NCBI RefSeq assembly: GCF_006345805.1
Contig: NC_043011.1
Span: 47,628,464-47,692,463, forward strand
Reading direction: 5' to 3'
Origin: Octopus sinensis
Taxonomy: Eukaryota
Length of the DNA stretch: 64,000 bases
A program made the position numbers and the translations under genes. Below the pieces are notes generated by a model. The model searched no databases, had not been told where the DNA came from, and saw only the letters and a list, made by a program, of their open reading frames with translations. This document shows positions 37,823 through 51,038 of this stretch, one piece after another. Each line of letters starts with the position of its first letter. Position 1 is the first letter of the stretch.

Positions 37823-39758
37823 GAACATTATCATTTAAGATTAACTTTTCTATCCTTACATGGGCCAGTACATACATAGTTGCAGTTGTGGCTGTGCTGT
37901 GTGGTAACTAGCTTACTTTCTGACCACATCGTTTCAGGTTCAATCCTACTGTGTGGAACCTTGGGTAAATGTCTTTATCTATAGCTTCGGGCTGACCAAT
38001 GAATGCATGTGTATGAAATTGGTAGAGAAAATGTGTGAAAGCACATTATATATCTCCATGTCTCCAGTTGTACATGATCTCACTTCACAATCTCATCAAC
38101 GTTAACTGTACAGTCATTTTCATTTTGAATTCTGTTTGAAAAATGGTGATATTTCTCTCCACAGGTAACCTTTAGAACCTTATGAATAATAAAATTTCTA
38201 TTAACAATAATTGTTGATCCACCTTACTAGTGTTTAGTGCTCATTCTTTCAGCTTATTATTAATTTGTATATATACACATAGTATATATATATATATATA
38301 CATATATATATTAATATATATATATATATATAATGCACCCCTTATTCCTTCGAAATTAGGAATATGCAGTCTTCGAAACATATGTCGAGAATAAAGGAAT
38401 TTTGTTAAATCGTCGTTCAACTCCATTCTTTCATTTATTTGTATATATATATATATATACATATACACATAGGTTTGTTGAAGCGCAATAGCCCAGTGGT
38501 TAGGGCAGTGGACTTGTGGTCGGAGGATCGCGGTTTGATTCCCAGACCAGGCATTGTGTGTGTTTATTGAGCGAAAACACCTAAAAGCTCCATGAGGCTC
38601 CAGTAGTGGGTGGTGGTGACCCATGTTGTACTCTTTCGCCACAACTTTCTCTCACTCTCTCTTCCTGTTTCTTAAGTAACGCTGCAATGGACTGGCGTCC
38701 CGTCCAGCTGAGGGGGAACACATACGCCACAGAAACTGGGAAAACAGGCCCATGAGCCTGGCTAGGCTTGAAAAAGCAAAAATAAAAAATAATAATAAAT
38801 ATATATATATATTTACTTACATACTATAGGAGCTTCCAACAATTTCCCTTAAATTCGATCATACACTCATAAAGCACTGGGCAGCTCAGGGCTATAATAG
38901 AAAATGCTTGCCCATGATATATTTTATTATTTGTTACAGTCATTTAACTGTGGCCATGCTGGAATTCCACGCTGAAAGGTTTTAGTCAAACAAACTGACA
39001 TCAGGATTTATTTTTTAAGCCTAGTATATATTCTATCAGTTTCCTTTTGCCAAACAGCTAAGTTATGGGGATGAAAACACACCAACATCGGTTGTCAAGT
39101 GGTGCTGAGGGGACAAACACAGACACAAAGACACACAAATGCATATGCATATATGATGGGCTTCGTTCAGTTTCTGCCTACCAAATCTAAACAGAAGGCT
39201 TTGATTGGTCTGAGGCTATAGCAGAAGTCATGTGCCCTAGGTGTCACACAGTGGGCCTCAACCCAGAATCCTGCTGTCAGGAAGTAAGCATCTTATTTCT
39301 TTACTGCCCACAAGAGGCTACACACAGTGGGGACAAACAAGGACAACGGTTCAAGTTGATTATATCGACCCCAATGCATAACTGGTACTTATTTAAATGA
39401 AAGGCAAATTTGACCCTGGCGGAATTTGAACTCAGAACATTGCGGCAGACGAAATACCTATTTCTTTACTACCCACAAGGGGGTTAAACACAGAGAGGAC
39501 AAACAAGGACAGACAAACGGATTAAGTCTATTATATCGACCCCAGTGCATAACTGGTACTTATTTAATTGACCCTGAAAGGATGAAAGGCAAAGTCGACC
39601 TCGGCAGAATTTGAACTCAGAATGTAGTGGCAGACGAAATACTGTTAAGCATTTTGCCCGGCGTGCTAACGTTTCTGCCAGCTCGCTGCTTTCTTACCAC
39701 ACAGTCATGCTTATATCAATGTACATACGTGCATGTGTGTGTGCATGCATTTTTTATA

Positions 39759-40085
39759 TAAGGGAGTATTTGTAAAGTTTTAAATGTTGGGCATATTTAA
39801 TGACATTAGAGTAGAAAATATTTACTTTTATATTTTTTTTATTATTTCATCTCAACAAATATCTCATTCAGAAACAAAGTCAATGCAAACTTCAATGCAT
39901 TACCTGTATTGATGGTGCAGTTGCTTTATGCCACGTACATAGAACTGTTTGTTCTGCTCAGCCAACCATTACTCTGCAGTCAATTGCAGTTATACTTCAC
40001 AGAATTGTCTACCCTTCAAAGGATGTTTTAAAAACGGAATCAAGTGAACATCACAGGGCACAAAATATGGTGAATAGAATTCGTA
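39759..40085 (-). mobile_element. Mariner 3' fragment
   Basis: Minus translation YSPYFVPCDVHLIPFLKHPLKGRQF..WLAEQNKQFYVRGIKQL matches the YSPDLAPSDFHLF C-terminal motif; TIR-like end at 39759. Confidence 0.75.
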
Positions 40086-40295
40086 TGGTAGCTATTTAAA
40101 CCTTTAGCATTCAAAGCAACCACAGCTGGCCAAAATATTGTACCTACCATTTTTTATGTCCAATCTGTCCAAATCTGGTCTTTCCCACCTATCCTATAAT
40201 GTCATTATAATATTAAACACACGTCATTAAAATCTCGGAGACACAAGATTACTGCATAAGTAATTAAAGAAATATGAGTAAATAAGTATGACATT

Positions 40296-40868
40296 TATTG
40301 GGTTGTCCGGAAAGCTCGTGTCGATTTTTAAAGGAAAAAAACAGGTTAATAAATACTTGCCATTACATTTTTAATCAACCAAATATGAACCATTTTGTTG
40401 CACAATGCATCTCCATCTTTCCTTTAACTTAAAAATACCCTCTTCCCAGAATTGAGGTGGTTTCATGGCAAAGAATTCATCAAGGTATGTTTTTATGTCA
40501 TTCTAGGAATTGAAATTTTTACCATTAAGACTATTCTGCATAGACCTGAATAAGTGGAAATTCGAAAGAAGCAATATCTGGTGAAATTAGAGAGTGGGGT
40601 TACACATCCCAGCCGAGCTGCAGCAATTTTTGTCTGGTTTCCAAAGCATCAAGTGCCGAAAATGAACTTTCTTATCTTCCCTTTTAAAGGGTTACAGAAA
40701 TACCACAGGTTATAGGAACATAAACCTTCTTCCACGAAAAGATAGCTTAGACTGTGCTCTAAATGGAGATGTAGTCAAATTCTATTTTATGGACTCAGCC
40801 ATGTTCTAAAATAAGTCGACATGTAAGCTACTATATATTGGCACAAACTTTCCGGACAACCCAAAATA
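40296..40868 (-). mobile_element. Internally deleted mariner with both TIRs
   Basis: TIRs tattgggttgtccggaaag (40296) and ctttccggacaacccaaaata (40848-40868); the interior encodes a frameshifted transposase C-terminus (SPDIAS-FEF-LI region). Confidence 0.85.
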
Positions 40869-41734
40869 GGGTAACATGAATGCTAAATGATTAATGTTCA
40901 CAATTGGCAGTCTTGTTACCTAAACCATGTGAGATGGCATATTGTCATGAAGAAGCACATTACTCACTACTCCTGGGTAGTCTTGGATATACATTCAGTA
41001 AACTATTTGCAATCAAATGAAGTGAATCCAGGACTTACTCCTCAGGTGAAATACTCTGTGATTGTTTACCTTAAATAATCTGAAGTTATTCCATATTATT
41101 CAGTGTGGTTTACCAGGACTTGGGTTATACTAGAGTGTGTGAACAGTACCTGCCTGGATCACTATATACTTATCTTTTCTTTTATTATTTACTTGTTTCA
41201 CTCATTAGATTGTGGCCATGCTGGGGCACCACTTTGAAGAATTTTATTCAACTGAATTAACTCCAGTATCTTTTTTATAAGCCTAGTACTTATTCTATCG
41301 ATCTCTTTGGCAAAACTGCTAAGTAAACACACCAACATTGGTTGTCAAGCACTGGTGGTGGATCAAACACAGACACAAGGACACACACGCATGGATATAG
41401 ACCAGAACAGTAATAAAATATATATATACATGCCTGCTCGCTTAGCCAGCAGGGTGGCATCATTCGAAGGCTAAAACAATGCGAAGCACATTGTGACCAG
41501 CGATGTGTAGCAACATCTGATAGCCTGGTCGGTTACAGTGATATATATATATACATAGGTATGACCGTAATAAAATAACAAGGTAAAAGTGTAGAAGTTT
41601 TTATTTTTCATTCCCTTCAAAATTGCTCTTAAATGTGGTTTTGGTCGTTTTGACTACTTCTTCTAGCATGTAAAACTGCCTATTGAAGGCAGTTTCTAGT
41701 GTGTTTAAATGTACACTATTTTATATTGAGTATA

Positions 41735-41774
<40 letters not shown>

Positions 41775-42004
41775 CAGGCATCTTTCAGTTTCTGTCTACC
41801 TAATCTACTGACAACACTTCGATTGGCATGAGGCTTTAGTAATAGACACCTGCCCAAGGTGCCATGAAGTGGGACTGAACTTCGAACGTTTCGGTTGGGA
41901 AACCTGCTTCTTACCACTCAGCTACACCAGTGTATATATATATATATATATATAGCATGGAGAACGGACGCTAAATGATGATGATATATATATATATATA
42001 TAGT

Positions 42005-42210
42005 TAATCCAAACATGAAAACACAAAGAGAAAACACAACAACGCAAGGATGTGGAACAAGTATAGTGTTATTGGACACTCAGGAAAGGAAAGAAAGAAG
42101 GAGGATTAAACATTTCGAGAGGAGCTCTTCATCAGAAACATAGAAAAAAGAAAGATCCAAGGAAGGGAAGACGGAGGAAAAAAAAATCGCCAACGATACA
42201 TACGCGGTCA
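42005..42210 (-). mobile_element. Short (TA)n-embedded pLTR-like element with hammerhead-like motif at 42106-42139
   Basis: Minus strand gttt-CTGATGA-a-GAG(ctcct)CTC-GAAA-TG-T-T-taat; stems I and III decayed. Confidence 0.55.
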
Positions 42211-44139
42211 TATATATAGTATATGCTCAATCTTATAATAGAAAATAACGATACAAATCATTATATATCTAAAATTATGACATGAGCTACTTATATTTTA
42301 TTAAGATTATGATAAATCCGACTACAAACCTCATCTTGATAGTGTATATTTACAACATATAGACACACAAAACGTTACATTTCAGTCAGTCAGATCTGAG
42401 ACATTCAAGGTAGTTTATAATTTCAGGACAACTAACTTAACATTTTGCGATTCTATTTTAGATATTTTCTGCTGATCAGTTTATAGAGAATTGAACACAA
42501 CAGATGAAGTTAATGATCTACGAAATACAATATACTTCAGTAATCTTGTATCTGATACAAAAAATCACAGGACTTTATCCCCGGTTAATATTTCTCATTA
42601 CTTTTCCAAAGATATGAAGCTTCAAGTTGTTGCTATGTTATATTGTTATATTAAATAGCATTTACTTGTACTTTAAACAATATTATATATGTGTGCATAT
42701 AGTCTGTGTGCATGCATAATTGCATATGTACATATATACACACAAACACGTGTGTTATATATAAATGTATGTATGTATACACACATACACATATACATGC
42801 ACACACAAATATATATGTATGTGTGTGTTTATATATGTGTTTGTGTGTGTACAAAGAAGGAGAGAGGGAGAGATATTAGAAGATAGATAAACAGATATCA
42901 GTTCATTTTCGTCCTAATGCTAATTAAATATGTTTATTTTCGCTATTTTACTTCTAAAATTTTTTTTTAAATGTCAATTTATAACATGGCAATTTTTGAC
43001 AAACTGAATTAATTGAACAGATGGAAGAAATCTTATTTTAATTAATTACTTTGAAAATAATTATATCTTCTTAGACTCTGAGATCAAATCCTGCTTGAGC
43101 CAACATTGTCTTTTATCCAACCACATTTCAATAAATAAGTGTGAATGAAGAAGGAGTGATGTTTTTAAATATACCTCACTATCAACAAAGGCTGTAGCCC
43201 TGTACCTATGTAAGAAATCAATAACTTTATTATTTCAATAGGCAATATTCATCCTCACTAAGGCATTAAACTGGCAGAATCATTATAACATGGGACAAAA
43301 TGCTTAGCAGCATTTTCTCCGTCTTTATGTTCTGAGTTCAAATTCTGATGTGGTAAACTTTCCCCTTCACCATTTTGAGGTCAATAAAATAAATATCATT
43401 TGAACACTGGGGTTGATATAATTGACCTAGCTCACCACCCTTCCCTGAAATTGCTAGCTTACTGCCAAAATTTGAAGCCAATATTTATCCCCACTTAAAA
43501 GTAGATGTGTTAGAGTAGAAAATACTGTGATAGTTACCACGAGAGAACCTTTTGGTGTAACTGTCTTCTAATACAACATTCACTTTTAAGCAGGGATAAA
43601 TACCACTTTTTAGTATGAACACTGCTTCTGTTACTTGCTAATCTCTCTTTACTCTTTTACTCTTTTACTTGTTTCAGTCATTTGATTGCGGCCATGCTGG
43701 AGCACCGCCTTTAATCGAGCAACTCGACCCCGGGACTTATTCTTTTGTAAGCCCAGTACTTATTCTATCGGTCTCTTTTGCCGAACCACTAAGTAACGGC
43801 GACATAAACACACCAGCATCGGTTGTCAAGCAATGCTAAGGGGACAAACACAGACACACAAACACACACACACACGCATATATATATATATATATATACA
43901 TATATGCGACGGGCTTCTTTCAGTTTCCGTCTACCAAATCCACTCACATGGCTTTGGTCGGCCCGAGGCTATAGTAGAAGACACTTGCCCAAGGTGCCAC
44001 GCAGTGGGACTGTACCCGGAACCATGTGGTTGGTAAACAAGCTACTTACCACACAGCCACTCCCGCACCTTATAATTATCTTATTTAATAATCTCATGGG
44101 GTATTTGTTATACTGGTGCCAGTTTGGGCACAAAGAAAT

Positions 44140-44270
44140 TGTCCATTATTTACATTCGACAGGTATTTGTCCTCATCTTGTTTGTTGTTAACACAACATT
44201 TCAGCTGATATACCCTCCAGCCTTCAGGTGTCTTGGGGAAATTTCAAACCTGGGTTCTCATTCCTAATGA
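44140..44270 (-). mobile_element. Same family, copy 2 (hammerhead core carries a 3-nt deletion)
   Basis: Minus strand gacac-CTGA-aggctg(gagggtatat)cagct-GAAA-TG-T-T-gtgtt at 44190-44232. Confidence 0.55.
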
Positions 44271-46447
44271 ATCAATTCCAGTGTTAAATTTACTTTTTAA
44301 GCCTGGTACTTATTCTATTGGTCTCTTTTGCTGAACAGCTAAGTTACAGGGACATAAATGCAACACCAGTTGTCAAGAGGTGGTGAGGGATGAACAAAGG
44401 CACAAATACAAGCACACATAAATATATTAATTTAACTGAAACCCTTCTAGGCAGTGCCCCAGCATGGCCACAATCTAATGACTGAAACAAGTGAAATATC
44501 AAAGTTAAACTACAGCCTGTCATCTTTAAAAAAGGACATGCCTATTAATGTTTTGCGTGTACTTATCCTGATAAGAAGAGATGGCCATTTCTGGAGTGAC
44601 TTTGATCATGGGCCTGTTCAATTTGGTCCAATTTCAGGCTAAATAATGATGCACCACAATGGGCTTTTTTCAGCTTCACAAGGCTTTGGTCAGCCCAAGG
44701 CTATAGTAGAAGACACTTGCCCATGAAGCCATGCAGTAGGACTGAACCCAGAACCATGTGATTTGGAATCATGTTTCTTACCAGACAGCCACACCCGTGG
44801 AAAATTTAACAATTATTTCTAATAAGATGAAGAAAAACATTAAAGACTTTTTTGATGGCATTAAAGACTTTTTGATGGCATTCATGTATGCAATAGTGTT
44901 TGTGCTTGTAAATGATTTTGTGAGTTTATGCAAGAATGAGTGTGCAATTGCGAGTGCATGCATGTATGCTTGTATATGAAAGGAAGAAGCGATTATAAAA
45001 ATCATGCCAATTAAGGTGTCTGTCTCAACCAATCACGTTATGATGTAATCTACACAGAATCCAAAAGGTTGTCCCCTCTTCTACCTTTCCCAGGTTCTCT
45101 ATCCTCCTACCTACCACATGTTTATGTCCAGGCACCTTAATGTCATATTGATTCCTCATGAAGTATAAACTAATTTAGAACAGCACAGAGAATAAATTGA
45201 TAAGATGTACACCATAACAGAACAATTGTCAAAGAAAATCTATTGCAGCTAAAACATAACTTATTGGGCACGTTTCAAGAATCTTACTAAATGGATACTT
45301 CACAAGACATTTCTCATTTGTGGAACACCAGACAGCCACTACAAATTCTCTAACTGTACAAATGATTCATTAAGCAGTCGTAAGCAACAAATTTGTCTAC
45401 AAAAATGAGATAAACAGTAATTTATTCTCGAGACCGATACCTATTATCTTTGCAATGACATAACAGATGCTTCCAGAAAGTTATCAACTGTCAAGACAGA
45501 AATTGAGAAATTTATTTTTTAATATTTATAGCAGTTTTCCTATTACGGACGTCCATATTCAATCTAACATCAGTGCAATGTTACTACCAACTAAATAAAA
45601 TCTTCCACAGATCATGTAGAGTTAATATATTTGGTATTTTTCTTCTTATTCTTTTAGCGTTTACGTTTTAGTTTTCAGACTGTGGCCATGCTTGGGCACC
45701 ACCTTGGGCACCACCTTGAACAAATTAACACCAGTACTTATTCTTATTTCTTTATTGCTCACAAGGGGCTAAAAACAGAGAAGACAAACAAGGACAGACA
45801 AAGGGATTAAGTCGATTATAACGACCCCAGTGCCTAACTGGTGCTTATTTAATTGATCCTGCAAGAATGAAAGGCTAAGTCGACCTCAGCAGAATTTGAA
45901 CTCAGAACATAGTGGCAGACAAAATACTGTTAAGCATTTCGCCCGGTATGCTAACGTTTCTGCCAGCTCGCCACCTTAACACCAGTACTTATTCTATCAG
46001 TCTCTTTGGCTGAAATGCTAGGTTATGCAGATGCAAGCAAAACAACACCAAGGTGAATGGCAAAACACACGCACATGTACACACACACATATATATACGA
46101 TCGGCTTTTTTCAGTTTCCATCTTCCAAATCCACTCACAAGGCTTTGGTCAGCCCCAGGTTATAACAGAAGACACTTGCTAAAGGTACTATGGAGTGAGA
46201 TTGAACCCAGAAACATGTGGTTGGGAAGCAAGCTTCTTACTACACAACCACACCAGCACATATCTGGGCTGTTTATTGTTCAAAAGACGAAGAGAAATAT
46301 TGCTTTGTCAGAAAACAGATTATGGTTTGTAACAGTAAAATCACTCAGTTACAGAAAAATCTGTTTCAATGGAGTCTTATATCTCACCCATGCAATTATG
46401 GAAAAAACAATGATAATGATTATATGTGTTTGTATATATATATATAT

Positions 46448-46670
46448 ATGAAGGGGTGCTGCAAAGTTCCAGGGTTTGGGTAAAGGAAAATACAGAAGGA
46501 TCAGTTAAATATGATCCTATTCAGTATATTCCCTTCTCAAATCCACTCACTTATTGCAGTGGTCCTTCAGGTTTCCGAAGCTCTGCAAAAGAAGAACTTG
46601 GAAGGTTGGGCCTCCAACCAGACCTTTCATGGTACCCTCAAAGCTGGCAAATTTTCAGTACCCCCTCACA
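46448..46670. mobile_element. Mariner-derived MITE (copy 3)
   Basis: TIRs tgaaggggtgctgcaaagtt / aattttcagtaccccctca; inserted in a (TA/TG)n array. Confidence 0.75.
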
Positions 46671-48029
46671 TGCACGTGTGTGTGTGTATGTGTATACATG
46701 TGTGTGTGTGTGCATGTGTGTATATATATATATATGTGTGTGTGTGTATGTATATATATCTGTATGTATATGTGTATATCAATAATAATAAGGATTATTA
46801 CAAAGTGACATAACATTACCTTTAATTCCTTTTTATATATACAGCTTTACATAAACCTATACATGTTTTAACTGCATCAATTACTAACAGTCGTAATTGC
46901 AACTCTACTATAATACTGGTGCAGTACCTTCAGAGTTTTCACTTTAATATCATTTGATTTAATCATTTAAAGTTTTTCACTTACCAACTCTGCGTTGTAT
47001 AATATAGAATTGTTCATTAATTTAGACATGAGCTATCTTCAACTCAAGTTTTGATTGGACAATCACTTATAGCCTGTTACTTCAAAGCATGTTGCTTAAA
47101 TGTATATTACTCATTTATACTGAGTAAAGATGAATTTTCTGACGTGCAAGCATCTTACAATTTGTTCCTGTCTAGAATTTATTATATTTCCCTTAGATGT
47201 AAAAATTTGCTAAAATTCTTCTAAACATAGGTCATATTTATTAGTTCCTAGTTTGTATGGTTTTGCAGTACTAATTAATTCCCAACAGACAGTATAGTAT
47301 AGTCTTTGTTTCTGTCTTTAACAGACCAGATTAATTTACTTAGACTTGTTTGGAATCTTTTATTTTTATCATATATATATGTACACACATACACATATGT
47401 ATCCTCATGATCCTTATTATCATTCACATGTTTCCATAATCTTTGTTCTGTTCTGACATGGGTTGGTCGAGATTTACTCAATCAGCAAGAAATCTATGGC
47501 TGAATACTTTTCCTGTCATTAATCCAAAACGGTTTTTTCAAATAGAGTATTTTTATCTCATTTATTTTCCCATATCAAATCGAATTAAACTGCCAAACTA
47601 CAAGATATATTGTTTGCAGCAAGTGTAAAAGAGAAAGCAGGGCTTAAGAAGAAGCAGATGCAGTATGTAAAAGCAAACACTGTATTGATATGGACAAAAT
47701 ACTCATGCTGGTGACATGTTAAAAGCACCGTCCGAATGTGGCAGATGCCAGCGCCACCTGACTGGTGTCCGTGTTGGTGGCACGTAAAATCACCAACAGA
47801 TCGTGGCTGTTTGCCAGCCTCCTCTGGCCCCTGTGCCGGTGGCATGTAAAAAGCACCCACTTCACTCACAGAGTGGTTGACATTAGGAAGGGCATCCAGC
47901 TATAGAAACACTGCCAGATCAGACTGGAGCCTGGTGCAGGCCTCCTGGCTTCCTAGACCTTAGTCGAACCATCCAACCCATGCTAGCATGGAAAACGAAC
48001 GTTAAACGATGATGACGAGGAGGAGGATA

Positions 48030-48220
48030 TTCCATATTGCTGAGAACAGCTTTATAAGGAAGTACAGATTGCTTACACTGGATGGAACCTGTGAGAGAGA
48101 AAAACCTAAAAAGAGGTGGGACGAAGTTATGAAAACTTATCTTAGGACGTTGACCCTTATGGAGGAGAAATATAAAGGTCAGAGTTGATGGGTTACATGC
48201 AGTGCTTAAAGAACCTGAGT
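48030..48220 (+). mobile_element. RTE LINE ORF C-terminal fragment
   Basis: RKYRLLTLDGTCEREKPKKRWDEVMKTYLRTLTLMEE matches the RTE G.R.RGRP.K.W motif. Confidence 0.7.
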
Positions 48221-48794
48221 GCACATTTGATTCAACCAAAACTGGTGGGAGTAATGGAGGTTGGAGGCATAATAAGTATGTACACATCTGCATCTTTTGC
48301 CCATTGCATCCCTATCAAGTCTCCACCTACTTCCCCACCCCCACTTCCTAATAGTACAGATCCCCATTGCTTCTCTTTGTATCTACTGTTTTATTTTACC
48401 ATGACATTAGAACTCATTACAACATACATCACAACCCTTTCTGCCCTGCCAGTCATCACTCTTTCTCTCTTGAGCCACTTGTAATTGATGTTCTACTTAC
48501 TTTGTTACCGTTGACTTCCTCCTCTCATAGTCATGATATGGATTTGATATTTGTTAGAGAAGATATCACGGAATTAACTGTTGACATGAATGATGAAGAT
48601 GGCTTATCTACTGAAAAATCAGATGATAATTTGTCAAAATTGCTGGACACACAAAACAAAGAAACATAATCTGAAGAATTGAAGTTTACTTCGAAGAAAA
48701 TAAGTAATAGTGTTGTGCTAATTCTAGCTATTTGGTTGACGATTATTTTGAAAACTTGTGTGACTTCATTACAACAAAGGCTTCTATAGAGGAT

Positions 48795-49165
48795 TAGTGG
48801 AGGGGAGGTGTGATGACGTTTTTTGGCAGAATCTGGGCATCGATGAGGAACACCTGACAACTTCTGGGCCAGAACCTATGACAATAAACAAAGATCCCTG
48901 GCCTGGCAGTGCTATCGAGAAGAATTACCTATTTGGGATAAGCTCTTCAGGCACGGTTTGAGACACACCGGACCAACTTGCCCAAGATGCGGTCAGAGCG
49001 ACAAAACCATTCTGCATGCACTCATGCCGTGTCCAACCATTTCGGACCTGTGGGCTTATGCCGAATGGCTGCTGTCATGTGTGGGTGAGTCCACCTGTCA
49101 GCCGGGCCTATCATGACAATTGCTCCGCCACCTTCCCTCAATTGGGGATACACAATCCCTTTTGA
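48795..49165 (+). mobile_element. L1/Tx1-type LINE fragment with zf-RVT-like motif
   Basis: QRSLAWQCYREELPIWDKLFRHGLRHTGPTCPRCGQSDKTILHALMPCPTISDLWAY (CxxC..H...C) at ~48889-49060. Confidence 0.82.
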
Positions 49166-49994
49166 TCGCCTTTTTTTTTCTGATCCCTTTTGATCAGAAT
49201 TTTATTTTTACCTTTTTTTTTCCTTTTTCTTTTTCTTTTTCGAAAAGAAAAGCTCTACATTTGTATTTGTCCCCTCTGTGTTCAGCCCTGTGTGGCCAAT
49301 AAAGAAAGTTTTGAAATTGACTATGATTGAAAGTGAAATGTTTTTGTAAAGTGCTGTTTGCATAGCACAATAATATGAAACCCTTGAGGTGAGAAGTTGA
49401 GAAGCAGAGAATTTCTATGAAGCCTGTTCTATATAGTAAGCAAGACCATTTCTCTTATGGGAGCACTGTCTTCACTATTTTCTTACTAAGACTTTGGTTT
49501 CTGCTAGGTTAACTTTTAGGCCCTTTGATCTGAGGTTTTGCTTCCACAGTTCAAATTTATTTTCTAATACTACTAAAGCTATAACAACAACACCATCAGA
49601 CTATAGCAGATCCCATGTGTAACTGGTCTTCATTTAGTGTGTATACACATATACATAATGCATATACATACATGTATACACACATATTTTTGTATATAAA
49701 CATATACATATGTACACACACATATATATATATATATATAAATACATATATATACATATTTTTGTATATAAACATATACATATGCACACACACATATATA
49801 TATATATAAATACATATATATACATATTTTTGTATATAAACATATACATATGCACACACACATATATACATGCATACATATATATATATATACATACATA
49901 TATATGTGTGTGTGTGTATGTGTGTGTTAAATAAAATGAGATAACAAAGCCAAGGTTGTGTGGAATTTTCAGGATATTTATAAAGGGAAAGTTA

Positions 49995-50042
49995 GTCTTA
50001 CGGCTGTTTCTGGGATATGAGAGATATTCCTTAATCAGAGAC
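49995..50042 (-). ncRNA. Hammerhead motif, degenerate inverted partner of 50244-50291
   Basis: Minus strand gtct-CTGATTA-a-ggaatat(ctctc)atatccc-a-GAAA-CAGCCG-T-A-agac; G8 changed to T and the stem III palindrome is broken. Confidence 0.6.
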
Positions 50043-50243
50043 AATGTATAATGGTTAAATAGAGGGAAATATTAGTGTTCAATATGAGGAGTTATTTTGG
50101 AAAAGGAAGCAAATAAGGAGTATATAGGGAAATAGGAGAGTAAATTTAGAAATAAAAATAAAAGTGTGTAAAAATGTCATAGAACTTTAATATCATCCTC
50201 ATATTGAACGCTAATATTTCCCTCTATTTAACCATCATACATC

Positions 50244-50291
50244 GTCTCTGATGAAGGGATATTCCTAACATCCCAGAAACAGCTGTAAGAC
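50244..50291 (+). ncRNA. Minimal type I hammerhead ribozyme motif (Penelope-like element type), core intact
   Basis: gtct-CTGATGA-a-GGGAT(attcctaac)ATCCC-a-GAAA-CAGCTG-T-A-agac. Stem I gtct/agac, stem II gggat/atccc, palindromic stem III ACAGCTGT, predicted GUA cleavage triplet at 50285-50287. Extra A on both sides of stem II. Confidence 0.72.
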
Positions 50292-50985
50292 TTACTCTTT
50301 ATAAAATGTCCTGAAAATTCCACACAACCTTGGTTTTGTTGTCTCATTTTATTTGACATATACATGCTCATACAAGACCCGTATTAGATTCCTCACTCAT
50401 ATCATTATCAAACTGAGAGCTTAACTACGGTCCTTCCATAGCACTTACATAGTGTTACCTGCCACCTTGGGTCTCCTGGATACCAATACCTCTCTCTCTC
50501 TCACACACACACATATATATGTATAAAAGAGCGAAAAAACTACAGAAGGCTTGTGTTATATGGTTAAAGAATATATCTAAATCGTTATGTTAGAAAAAGG
50601 TTATGAAATTTTGCTTATCGTAACATAGTGTTTGGAGAAATAACCAGTTTTGTATTTTCTTTTCAAATTTCTCAAATTTCTTTATCTATATCATGTCATG
50701 TCTTTGCTATGTTGTGAAATATAGAGTTCCAGGCAGGGAAAGGTAATCAAGGATTTTTTTTTCCAGTATAAGGGAGATAATCAAAAATGATGGGAATGAC
50801 TAGGCTTGATTAATTTAACATGATTTGCTTGAGAAGGAATAGAATGTTACAAGTGATTAAGTTTTGCTTTATATTTTTTTTCAATAAGGTGAGTTACCAT
50901 ATTTAAAAATGTTAGAAATGGTTAAGTTGTCTTTTATACATCCAACCGCGTGCTTTCACATACCAACTCTCTCACCTATATGTAT

Positions 50986-51038
<53 letters not shown>

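Larger units (their letters stand above)
49927..50356. mobile_element. Divergent inverted pair of Penelope-like pLTR segments
   Basis: Arms 49927-50090 and 50196-50356 are reverse complements with a few mismatches, separated by a ~105 nt spacer; each carries a hammerhead motif; the left arm abuts a (TA/TG)n array. Confidence 0.65.

Noticed and set aside
48530-48790. Acidic ORF HDMDLIFVREDITELTVDMNDEDG.. after a pyrimidine-rich acceptor
   Set aside because: An in-frame stop is followed by continued protein-like sequence and it lies among LINE fragments; probably a transposase remnant (pogo/Tigger-like tail), but not confirmable.
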